Shown piece by piece: positions 7,708 through 15,203 of a stretch of DNA of 17,240 nt; position 1 is the first letter of the stretch, and each line of letters begins with the position of its first letter. The notes beneath the pieces were generated by a model. That model saw only the letters and a program-made list of their open reading frames with translations, made no database searches and was not told the DNA's origin. Position numbers and translations under genes: made by a program. The DNA lies in NCBI GenBank assembly GCA_028700905.1, contig JAQVRT010000008.1, forward strand, positions 1 through 17,240, given 5' to 3'. This DNA is from Candidatus Iainarchaeum sp. Lineage in GTDB: Archaea > Iainarchaeota > Iainarchaeia > Iainarchaeales > CSSED10-239.

Positions 7708-8610
7708 ATGATCTATGAAAATGTAAAAAATATTGCAAAAGCAATAAAAGATATAAAAATTCAAGGCGCAAGTAATATTGAACTTGAAGCAATAAAAGCT
7801 ATTAAAGAATATATTTATGAAACTAAAAAGCTTGGAGAAGAACTAATTGAAGAAACAAAAGAAAATATTAATCACTTAGTTGTTCAAAGACCAAATGAAC
7901 CAAAGCTTAGAAACTCATTAAACTATATTTTTCAAGAAGTTAAAAAACATCCACACAATACAGAAGAAATTGAAAAAGAAATTGAAAAATATCAAGAAAA
8001 AACAGAAATTGGAAATGAAAAAGTATCTGAAATGGCCTCTCAAATGATTAAAGATGGAGCTAAAATTTTAACACATTGCCATTCAACTTTAGTTGAAAAT
8101 GCTTTTAAAAAAGCATATGACAAAGGAATTGATTTCCAAGTATTTTGTACAGAAACAAGACCTAGATACCAAGGAAGAATAACTGCTAAAAATATATCAG
8201 ATTATGGAATTAAGACAACAATGATAACTGATGCTTCAGTTACACATTATCTTAAAGGAATAGATTATTTTTTTACAGGTGCAGATGTTATTTTTTCTGA
8301 TGGAGCAATAATGAATAAACTTGGAACTCATGCAATTAGTATTGCAGCAAGAGAATTTAAAACAGAACATATAGTTCTTACAACCACACATTGTGTTGAA
8401 GCAAACGATCTTTTATCCTTTGTTCAAGAAATTGAAGAAAGATCAGAAGATGAAGTTTGGGAAAAAGAAAATAGACCAGTTAATTTAAAGATTAAAAATC
8501 CTGCTTTTGATATTGTTCCAAATGATCTTATTGGTAAATTTATAACAGAAGAAGGAGTATTCTCACCAGAAACACTTTCATTCTGGGTTAATCAATTTCA
8601 AAGAAAATAA
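7708..8610 (+). CDS. e2b2: eIF-2B alpha/beta/delta-family protein, most likely ribose-1,5-bisphosphate isomerase
   Basis: It has family motifs 'ILTHCHS' (Cys-containing active-site loop), 'CTETRPRYQG' and 'GADVIFSDGAIMNKLGTH'. SD GGTGA lies 6 nt upstream. The length of about 300 aa matches archaeal E2b2. Confidence 0.8.
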   Translation: MIYENVKNIAKAIKDIKIQGASNIELEAIKAIKEYIYETKKLGEELIEETKENINHLVVQRPNEPKLRNSLNYIFQEVKKHPHNTEEIEKEIEKYQEKTEIGNEKVSEMASQMIKDGAKILTHCHSTLVENAFKKAYDKGIDFQVFCTETRPRYQGRITAKNISDYGIKTTMITDASVTHYLKGIDYFFTGADVIFSDGAIMNKLGTHAISIAAREFKTEHIVLTTTHCVEANDLLSFVQEIEERSEDEVWEKENRPVNLKIKNPAFDIVPNDLIGKFITEEGVFSPETLSFWVNQFQRK

Positions 8611-8650
8611 TTGTTTTTTAATTAAAAACAATTTTTCTTTTTATTTTTTT
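8611..8650. terminator. Shared hairpin plus T-rich tract between the convergent e2b2-like and polB genes
   Basis: The stem TTGTTTTT/AAAAACAA (8611-8618 / 8624-8631) has a 5-nt loop. It is followed by TTTTTCTTTTTATTTTTTT on the plus strand. The stem is A/T-only, so it is weak. Confidence 0.4.
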
Positions 8651-8653
8651 AAT

Positions 8654-11080
8654 CTAAAAAAAATCATTTAAACCTTTCTGTTTTTTACCAGTTACAAGCT
8701 CATCTTTTGAAATATTAAAAACTTCAAAGATTGAAACTACAGAAGGTAATAACTGATTTTCAAGATAATAATTAGTATCATAATCATAATCATTTTCTTC
8801 TTTGTAAAGTCTTGCTTTATCAGAAATATTTTTAGAAGGATGATTTGTTATTATGTATTCAACTAAAGCATTTTCTGAAATCTTTTCACCATTATTTTTA
8901 GCATAAGATAATGCTGCCATTGCAGGATTTAAAGTTTTATAATTTTTAAGACTTTTATGAACAAAAGATTGTAAAACTAATTTTTCTATAGGTATTTGTT
9001 TATCTTCAAGAGCTTTAATAATATTTCTTACATACTCTAAAGCTTTTTTAATATCTTTATTAATTAAAAGAATATTAAATAATTCTTTTTGAGTTTCTTT
9101 TACAAGTAAACACCAATCTCTTCTTACAAACTCAAAACCTTTTATCTTTAGAGAACCATCTTTTGAAAGAAGAGCATATTTTTTCTTAGCTCCCTTAGTT
9201 TTATCTCTTGAAAGAACAAATAATCCAGAAGTAAAAAGACCCTCAGTTTCAAGAGACATTGACTCTGGAAGAGATTTGTTTATTTTTTCAAGATCAGAAT
9301 ATAGTTTTTTTTCATCATTGTATTTTATAAAACAAGAATCAGTATCCCCATAGATTACAGTGTAACCTAGATTTTTGAAACTACTTATTGTTTCTTGAAT
9401 CTTTGTCCTTACTAAATGATACATTATTTCAAGACAAGGCCTACAATACCATCTCGCACCTGCAAACCCCATGTAACCATAAGTTGATGCAAGTAATATC
9501 TTTAAAGCATATTGTTTTGCAAAAAGAGATTTGTATTCTTGAGTATCTTTATCATAATTTTTCATTTTATTTTTAATTGAAATTCTTAGAGATAAAAAAC
9601 TTTCTAAAAGTTCAGGAACAAAACCTTTTTTGTCTTTTGAAATTTTATAACCTAAGACTTCAGAATAATCTTTTGATTCAATATTAATAGTTTCTGGACT
9701 TATGTTATATGCCATAATTAAAGAAATATGATAACTTCTAAAATCAACAACAGCAATATTTTCATGAAGTCCAACAAGAGGGTCTTTTACAAAAGCACCA
9801 GTAAAACTAAACTCATATCTATTTGAAACAACTTCTGGAGTTGGTTTATTTTCAAGAAGAATATTTTTTTTAGAATAATTATAAATAAATAATTTTTCAA
9901 TCATCTGTCCTGCAGAAGTTCTTAATGTATCATATATTGGAGATGCTATTAATTTTGAAATTTCATTAATTATTGAAAGGTAGTTTATAGAAAGATAATA
10001 AGTTGCAAAAACATCATCTATGTTATATTCTATTATTTTTGCATAATCTTGAGAAGAATAAAGATCAATAAAATCTTTTACTTTAAGAATTATTTTTTTA
10101 TTTCCAGTTATCTTTTCATAAACAGAATTAAGATCAAGTTTAGAGTAATTAAAGACTTGAAGATAGTTTAAAAGTCTCATTAAAATATAAGTATCAATGT
10201 GTATGATATTATCTATAGATACAGAAGTATTTCCTCTTTTATGGAAAGTTATTTTTTTATTAAAATTTATGTCTTGAGATTTAATTACTTTATATCTTTT
10301 ATAAATATAATCAAAATCAAATCGATCTCCATTATAAGTAAATATTAAATCAGGATCTTTTTCTTCTATTCTTTTAAAAAAAGAATCAATCATTAAAGAT
10401 TCATCTGTAAAAAAATGTACTAATGTATCTTTTTCTTTAAAAGACTTATAAAAGTCATCTTCATTAAAAGAAATATCTTTAAAGAAAAATATTTCTTTTT
10501 TGTAGTTTTCATCCATCATGCAGATAGAAATTATTGGAGAAGTCTTTGGTTTTGGAAAAGAAAGATCCTTTAAAGGTAAAACTTCAATATCAAAAGTTAA
10601 ATGTTTTAAAGACTCTGGCAAAACATCTTCTAAAACTTCAAAAGAAAGAATTTGTGAGCCTGTATAACTAAATTTAATTTTTTTAAAATTATTTAAAGAA
10701 TGATCTATAAAAAATCTTTGAATAAAAGGAATATCATACTCTCTTAAAGAATAAGAAGAAGATAAAGTAATTTCTTTATCAAGTAAATGTGCTCTTGAAG
10801 AGATTAATGATTCAATATCTTTAAAGATTATTTTATAAGAAAAAGAAACCCCTTTTTTATCAGTTTTAATAATTTCTAAAATGTTTTTTAAAGACTTAGA
10901 AAGTAAAATAAGATCTTTTTCAGAAAGTAATTTTTCAGAAATTAAATAGAAATAAGGAGAAAAATCATAACTATAGTTTCTCTTAACACCATCATTTCCT
11001 CTAACACTTAAAAAAAGAGAATCATCGTAAAAGGCATTTATAAAAACACCTTCTGATTTTAAAATGGTATTAGAGATCAT
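8654..11080 (-). CDS. polB: Family B DNA polymerase (PolB), no intein
   Basis: Exonuclease motifs are Exo I 'FDIEV', Exo II 'NGDRFDFDYI' and Exo III 'YNIDDVFATYYL'. Polymerase motifs are motif A 'DFRSYHISLIMAYNISPET', motif B 'KILLASTYGY', motif C 'YGDTDS' and 'KKKYALL...RRDW'. Stop is TAG. Confidence 0.9.
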   Translation of the reverse strand: MISNTILKSEGVFINAFYDDSLFLSVRGNDGVKRNYSYDFSPYFYLISEKLLSEKDLILLSKSLKNILEIIKTDKKGVSFSYKIIFKDIESLISSRAHLLDKEITLSSSYSLREYDIPFIQRFFIDHSLNNFKKIKFSYTGSQILSFEVLEDVLPESLKHLTFDIEVLPLKDLSFPKPKTSPIISICMMDENYKKEIFFFKDISFNEDDFYKSFKEKDTLVHFFTDESLMIDSFFKRIEEKDPDLIFTYNGDRFDFDYIYKRYKVIKSQDINFNKKITFHKRGNTSVSIDNIIHIDTYILMRLLNYLQVFNYSKLDLNSVYEKITGNKKIILKVKDFIDLYSSQDYAKIIEYNIDDVFATYYLSINYLSIINEISKLIASPIYDTLRTSAGQMIEKLFIYNYSKKNILLENKPTPEVVSNRYEFSFTGAFVKDPLVGLHENIAVVDFRSYHISLIMAYNISPETINIESKDYSEVLGYKISKDKKGFVPELLESFLSLRISIKNKMKNYDKDTQEYKSLFAKQYALKILLASTYGYMGFAGARWYCRPCLEIMYHLVRTKIQETISSFKNLGYTVIYGDTDSCFIKYNDEKKLYSDLEKINKSLPESMSLETEGLFTSGLFVLSRDKTKGAKKKYALLSKDGSLKIKGFEFVRRDWCLLVKETQKELFNILLINKDIKKALEYVRNIIKALEDKQIPIEKLVLQSFVHKSLKNYKTLNPAMAALSYAKNNGEKISENALVEYIITNHPSKNISDKARLYKEENDYDYDTNYYLENQLLPSVVSIFEVFNISKDELVTGKKQKGLNDFF

Positions 11081-11108
11081 AAAAAATCTTATAAAAAAAA
11101 ATCTAACT

Positions 11109-11759
11109 TTAAAGAATACTTGAAAAGAAATACATTATAACTAATAAAATAACTGTCATAACAACATTTCCTAAAACTTCAAAATCAAACATTTTTTTTA
11201 CAAAATGATAAAACATTAAAATATAATAAACTAATAAAGCTATTGAAAAAGCAAATAATAAAAGTAATCCTACAACTGCTCCTCCACCTAAATTAGGAAG
11301 CATACCTGAATTATAAATATAATCTGGATTTTGAATTGACATTGACATAAAAGGAATTACTTTTGGCATAAATATAAGAACAATTGCAAAGACAACTAAT
11401 ATTGCAATAATAGAAACTACTCTAAAAGCTGCAAGAGAAGAAAGAATATTTTTTAATTCTCCACCTTTTAGATTATTTTTTCCTTTTACAAAATAAAGGA
11501 TTAAATAAAGAATTATTCCTAAAATAAACCAACTAAAAACAAAACTTATAATTACTCTGATTGTAAAATAAGATAATACATTTGGAGACTTTAATAAAAA
11601 TAAAATTAAAGTTTCAATGAAAATTGAAATGAAAATAACAATTGCAGCAGTAGAAACATCTACTTTTTCATAAAAATGTTTAATTAGTTTTTTTGGATTA
11701 AAACTAACAATTTCTTTTTCATCTTCAATTAAGTTTTTCTTTTTAAGTCTTACAACCAT
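11109..11759 (-). CDS. Hypothetical polytopic membrane protein (about 5 TM; Yip1-like topology is only a guess)
   Basis: A hydrophilic N-terminal about 35 aa is followed by five hydrophobic segments. SD GTGAT lies 5 nt upstream of the ATG at 11759. A T9 run sits in the 28-nt spacer before polB. Confidence 0.6.
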   Translation of the reverse strand: MVVRLKKKNLIEDEKEIVSFNPKKLIKHFYEKVDVSTAAIVIFISIFIETLILFLLKSPNVLSYFTIRVIISFVFSWFILGIILYLILYFVKGKNNLKGGELKNILSSLAAFRVVSIIAILVVFAIVLIFMPKVIPFMSMSIQNPDYIYNSGMLPNLGGGAVVGLLLLFAFSIALLVYYILMFYHFVKKMFDFEVLGNVVMTVILLVIMYFFSSIL

Positions 11760-11902
11760 ATAGTATCACAATATTATTATATATAAATATATTTATATAT
11801 TTATCTTTTATTAATAATATTTTCAAAAAACAAACAAATAAGTATTTTAAAGATAATAGCAACATAATATAATTAAAGCTATAAAAATAGAGGTTTTTAA
11901 AT

Positions 11903-12187
11903 ATGGGAAGAAATAAAGAACAAGATTTATTAAACGAAGCTATTTATGATGAAGGAGTAACTTCTCTTGATGATGTTAAAAAAGTAAAACCTCCAAAAAT
12001 TAAAAAAAAAGCCTTAGGTTATGATGAAAGTATTTTAGATACAGTTTTTAAAAAGAAAAAAAATGTAAAAATAAAAAAAACTTATAAAAAAGAGAAAAAA
12101 GATACCTTTCTCTCAAATATTAAGAAAAAACCACTAAATATCTTTAAAAAGAAAAAGAAAGATATGACTTTCTTTAATAAAATCTAA
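11903..12187 (+). CDS. Hypothetical small, extremely Lys-rich basic protein (94 aa)
   Basis: SD GAGGT (11890-11894) lies 8 nt upstream of the ATG. It has an acidic N-part and then repeated KKKK blocks. Composition bias makes the coding status less certain. Confidence 0.45.
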   Translation: MGRNKEQDLLNEAIYDEGVTSLDDVKKVKPPKIKKKALGYDESILDTVFKKKKNVKIKKTYKKEKKDTFLSNIKKKPLNIFKKKKKDMTFFNKI

Positions 12188-12199
12188 ACGAGAAAAAAT

Positions 12200-12880
12200 A
12201 TGGATTTTGAAAGAAAAAAAGATATTGAGTTATTAAATGAAATTTCAAACCCTTTTGAAAGAGAAATAAAACTTAATAATGATTATTCTCTTAAAACTAT
12301 TAAAAATCATAAGTTTGAAGATGGATTTATTATTGAAAGTAAATTAAAACGAGGATTAATCTCACTTAATTATAAAAATCAAATAATAGGACTTTTAGGA
12401 TTTAACATAAATAATAGACATCTAAACATTATTGCAATCCAAGGAATAAATCAACCAAACTTTAAACATCCTAAAAATTGGTACCAACTAATATTAACTC
12501 CATTTATAACTTCTTGCCTTAAAGTATATCAGAATGAAAAAAATCTTTCAAAATATGTATCTTTTGGAGAAATATCTTCTGGAGTTTTAGAAGGAAGAAT
12601 AAAAGAAATGGAAGGGCTTTTAAAAAATATTCTTGAAAAAAATAATGAAAGAATAGCTCTTAGAGAAAAAAGAATCGAACATTACACTAAAGAAATTAAA
12701 AGACTTAAACAAATACAAATATTAGTTAAAAAAATAAGAGATGATTATTTTACAAAAGACGGAAAAATTAATTTAAATAAATTAAAAGTAATTGATGTTA
12801 TAAAAAAAAGAGAAAAACAATTAAAAACAATAGAAAGATATAAAAAAAATAGAGAAATTAGACGAAATAAAAGAAAATAA
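12200..12880 (+). CDS. Hypothetical protein: about 130-aa globular N-domain plus a basic coiled-coil C-terminal half
   Basis: This is a 226-aa ORF in a stop-rich AT genome. The N-domain contains 'IIGLLGFNINNRHLNIIAIQG'. The C-half is heptad-like and K/R/E-rich and ends 'RRNKRK'. No family confidently recognised. Confidence 0.55.
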   Translation: MDFERKKDIELLNEISNPFEREIKLNNDYSLKTIKNHKFEDGFIIESKLKRGLISLNYKNQIIGLLGFNINNRHLNIIAIQGINQPNFKHPKNWYQLILTPFITSCLKVYQNEKNLSKYVSFGEISSGVLEGRIKEMEGLLKNILEKNNERIALREKRIEHYTKEIKRLKQIQILVKKIRDDYFTKDGKINLNKLKVIDVIKKREKQLKTIERYKKNREIRRNKRK

Positions 12881-12965
12881 ATTTTTTAGAAAATATATAT
12901 AAATAGATAGTAACATATATTATATATAATATTATTAAAATTATTAATTAAAAATGGTGAAAAAA

Positions 12966-13370
12966 ATGAGTGATTTTCAAATTAAGTTTGCCCAAGCAGG
13001 ACAATTAAAAGAAAGACAATTTATTGTAATTGAAGAAACAATCTGTAGAATTGATACTATAGATAAATCAAAACCTGGAAAACACGGAGCTGCAAAAATA
13101 AGAATTACAGCAACAGGTGTTTTTAATGATAAAAGAATGAATCTTTTAAAACCAGCAGATGCTGATGTTGAAGTTCCAGTAATTGATAAAGGAAATGCAC
13201 AAGTAATTTCTGATTCTGGAGATAAATACCAAATAATGGATGTTGCAGATTACCAAACATATGATGTTGATAAAGCTGAATTTAAGGACCTTAAAGCTGG
13301 AGATAATCTAGAATATATGAAAGCTGGACCTTTTATAAAGATTGTAAGAAAGAAAGCAGACACAGAATAA
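12966..13370 (+). CDS. eif5a: Translation initiation/elongation factor 5A (aIF5A)
   Basis: It has the hypusine loop 'KSKPGKHGAAKIR' and a C-terminal OB-like domain. I prefer the ATG at 12966 because GGTGA (12956-12960) lies 5 nt upstream. The track's ATG at 12954 would place that SD inside the CDS. Confidence 0.9.
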   Translation: MSDFQIKFAQAGQLKERQFIVIEETICRIDTIDKSKPGKHGAAKIRITATGVFNDKRMNLLKPADADVEVPVIDKGNAQVISDSGDKYQIMDVADYQTYDVDKAEFKDLKAGDNLEYMKAGPFIKIVRKKADTE

Positions 13371-13390
13371 ATATATTCTGTGCTTTTTTT
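13361..13390 (+). terminator. Hairpin plus T7 terminator for aIF5A
   Basis: A perfect stem CACAGAAT(A)/(T)ATTCTGTG (13361-13369 / 13374-13382) overlaps the TAA stop. It is followed by C-T7 (13383-13390). Confidence 0.6.
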
Positions 13391-13401
13391 ATTTTTAAAA
13401 G

Positions 13402-13429
13402 AAAAAAACCTTTACTAAAAAAAAGGTTT
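13402..13429 (-). terminator. Hairpin plus T-run terminator for metG
   Basis: The stem AAACCTTT/AAAGGTTT (13406-13413 / 13422-13429) has an 8-nt loop. On the minus strand it overlaps the metG stop and runs into T7-C-T4. Confidence 0.5.
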
Positions 13430-14951
13430 ATTCTTTAATTTCTATTTTTTCGAAAAGATGACCTTGTTTTTTAATGGTTTTTCCTTCCATTGTGTTTGTA
13501 AAAGCTAATTGTTTATGTCCAAGATTACTCTCATCTAAACCTAGTTGTGAAAAAATCTCTTTCCATTTTTTTGTAAGAATAGGAGAAAGCTCTAAAGCAA
13601 GTACCCTTATAGACTCTAAAAGAACATACATTACTTGATCAAACTTTTCAAGATCTTCTTTTAAAAGATCCCAAGGTTTGTTATCTTGAACATATTTATT
13701 TAAAGCATATGACATTTGTAAAATTTCATTAATTGCTTTAGATAATTCATATTCTTTATAATGATTATGAATGATTTGTATCTTTGATTCAATTTCTTCT
13801 GCAAAAGAATCTTTAAAAAAAGAAAAACCGTTTTCTTTATTTCTTTTTTCAGCTAAAGTTACAACTCTTGATAAAAGATTACCAATACTTGAAACAAGAT
13901 CACTATTTACTCTTTCAACAAAACTTTTTTTTGAAAATTGACCCTCATCTCCAAAAGGCATTTCTTTTACTATATAATATCTATAAATATCTGAACCAAA
14001 CTTTTCAATATATTCTTCAGGATAAACTACATTTCCAAAAGACTTAGACATTTTCTTTCCTTCAGACATCCACCAACCATGAGCAAATTCTTGTTTTGGA
14101 AGAGAAACATCTATTGATTTTAAAAAGATAGGCCAATAGATTGCATGAAACCTAGAAATATCTCTACCCATTAATTGAAAGTCAGGTGGCCAATATTTAT
14201 TGAAATTATCAGAACCCTCTCCTCCAAGAGCAGAATAATAATTAAACAAAGCATCAAGCCAAACATATATTGTATGTTCTTTATCAAAAGGAAGTTCTAT
14301 TCCCCATGGAACTTTTTCTTTATTTCTTGAAATACATAAGTCTTCAAGACCGTTTTTAATAAAAGAAACAAATTCATTTTTATTTGATTCTGGAGAAAGA
14401 AACTTAGGATTATCTTCAATATATTTTAAAAGCCAGTCTTGATATTTTGAAAGTTTGAAAAAATATGCATCTTCGTGTTCTATTGTAACTTCATGACCAA
14501 TAGGACATTTATTTTCAGAAACATCTTTATCTGTATAAAAAGATTCACATCCTTTACAGTAATATCCTTTATAGCTACCTTTATAGATATCTCCTTTTTC
14601 AAACATTTTTTGTGCTATCTCTTGAACTGTTTTTTTATGTTTTTCATCAGTTGTTCTGATAAAATAATCATAAGAGATATCTAAGTCTTTCCATACTTTT
14701 TTTGTATAGTCAACTAAAGAATCAAGAAACTCTTTTGTATTTTTTTTTTCATCTTCTGCAGCTTGCTGTACTTTTAAACCATGTTCATCAGTTCCTGTTA
14801 AATAAAAAACATCAGAACCTAAAAGACGATAGTATCTTGCAAAGATATCTGCAACCACTGTTGTGTAAGAGTGCCCTAAATGGAACTTACCACTTACATA
14901 ATAGATTGGTGTTGTTATATAATATTTTTTTGGAAAATCTAAATTATTCAT
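13428..14951 (-). CDS. metG: Methionyl-tRNA synthetase (minimal form, no C-terminal tRNA-binding appendage)
   Basis: It has the HIGH motif 'FHLGHSYT', the KMSKS motif 'KKMSKSFG' and the Zn-knuckle region 'CKGCESFY...CPIGH'. The ATG at 14951 (MNNLDFPKKYYITTPIYY) is preceded by GATGTGAT. The track's start at 14963 is a GTG inside that SD. Confidence 0.93.
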   Translation of the reverse strand: MNNLDFPKKYYITTPIYYVSGKFHLGHSYTTVVADIFARYYRLLGSDVFYLTGTDEHGLKVQQAAEDEKKNTKEFLDSLVDYTKKVWKDLDISYDYFIRTTDEKHKKTVQEIAQKMFEKGDIYKGSYKGYYCKGCESFYTDKDVSENKCPIGHEVTIEHEDAYFFKLSKYQDWLLKYIEDNPKFLSPESNKNEFVSFIKNGLEDLCISRNKEKVPWGIELPFDKEHTIYVWLDALFNYYSALGGEGSDNFNKYWPPDFQLMGRDISRFHAIYWPIFLKSIDVSLPKQEFAHGWWMSEGKKMSKSFGNVVYPEEYIEKFGSDIYRYYIVKEMPFGDEGQFSKKSFVERVNSDLVSSIGNLLSRVVTLAEKRNKENGFSFFKDSFAEEIESKIQIIHNHYKEYELSKAINEILQMSYALNKYVQDNKPWDLLKEDLEKFDQVMYVLLESIRVLALELSPILTKKWKEIFSQLGLDESNLGHKQLAFTNTMEGKTIKKQGHLFEKIEIKE

Positions 14952-14965
14952 AATTTTAATCACAT

Positions 14966-14984
14966 CCTTTATTTTTTATAAAGG
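14966..14984 (-). promoter_or_regulatory. Perfect palindrome CCTTTAT-N5-ATAAAGG containing a TATA-like TTTATAAA upstream of metG
   Basis: The plus strand reads cctttattttttataaagg, 15-33 nt upstream of the metG ATG. It could be a TATA box and/or an operator. Confidence 0.35.
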
Positions 14985-15034
14985 CAAAATATTTACCAGT
15001 AAAAAGATAATATAAAATATTTGCCAAAGACTTT

Positions 15035-15062
15035 AAAAAACCTGCTTTACTTAAGAGCAGGT
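15035..15062 (-). terminator. GC-containing hairpin plus T-run on the minus strand, in mid-spacer
   Basis: The stem ACCTGCT(TT)/(AG)AGCAGGT (15040-15048 / 15054-15062) has a 5-nt loop. On the minus strand it is followed by Ts (A6 on plus, 15035-15040). It is the most G+C-rich stem in any spacer of this window. Confidence 0.45.
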
Positions 15063-15203
15063 ATCACATGGCCATAATAAAAATAGTTATAAATAGAGAA
15101 GAAATATTTAAAGAGCCTTTCTCTTTTAGATATATGTTTTTACCCCTAAGCATATATATTTTATAGAAAAAAACATATTTAAAGAGATGTAAATAAATTA
15201 ATT

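Noticed and set aside
9388-9576. Plus-strand 62-aa ORF inside polB
   Set aside because: It is antisense to the motif B / motif C region of PolB, and no independent signals support it.
8654-11080. Intein or pseudogenisation in polB
   Set aside because: The length of 808 aa is normal. All motifs are contiguous and in order. There are no internal stops and no Cys/Ser...HN splice junction blocks.
14475-14953. Plus-strand ORFs 14475..14684 and 14702..14953 inside metG
   Set aside because: They are antisense to the HIGH / Zn-knuckle part of MetRS and are shadow ORFs.
15040-15075. The G+C-richer patch as a tRNA, split-tRNA half or C/D-box sRNA
   Set aside because: The stem is 7-9 bp with a 5-nt loop, which is not a 5-bp / 7-nt anticodon arm. 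There is no acceptor, D or T arm and no RUGAUGA/CUGA boxes. A terminator or small-transcript 3' end fits better.
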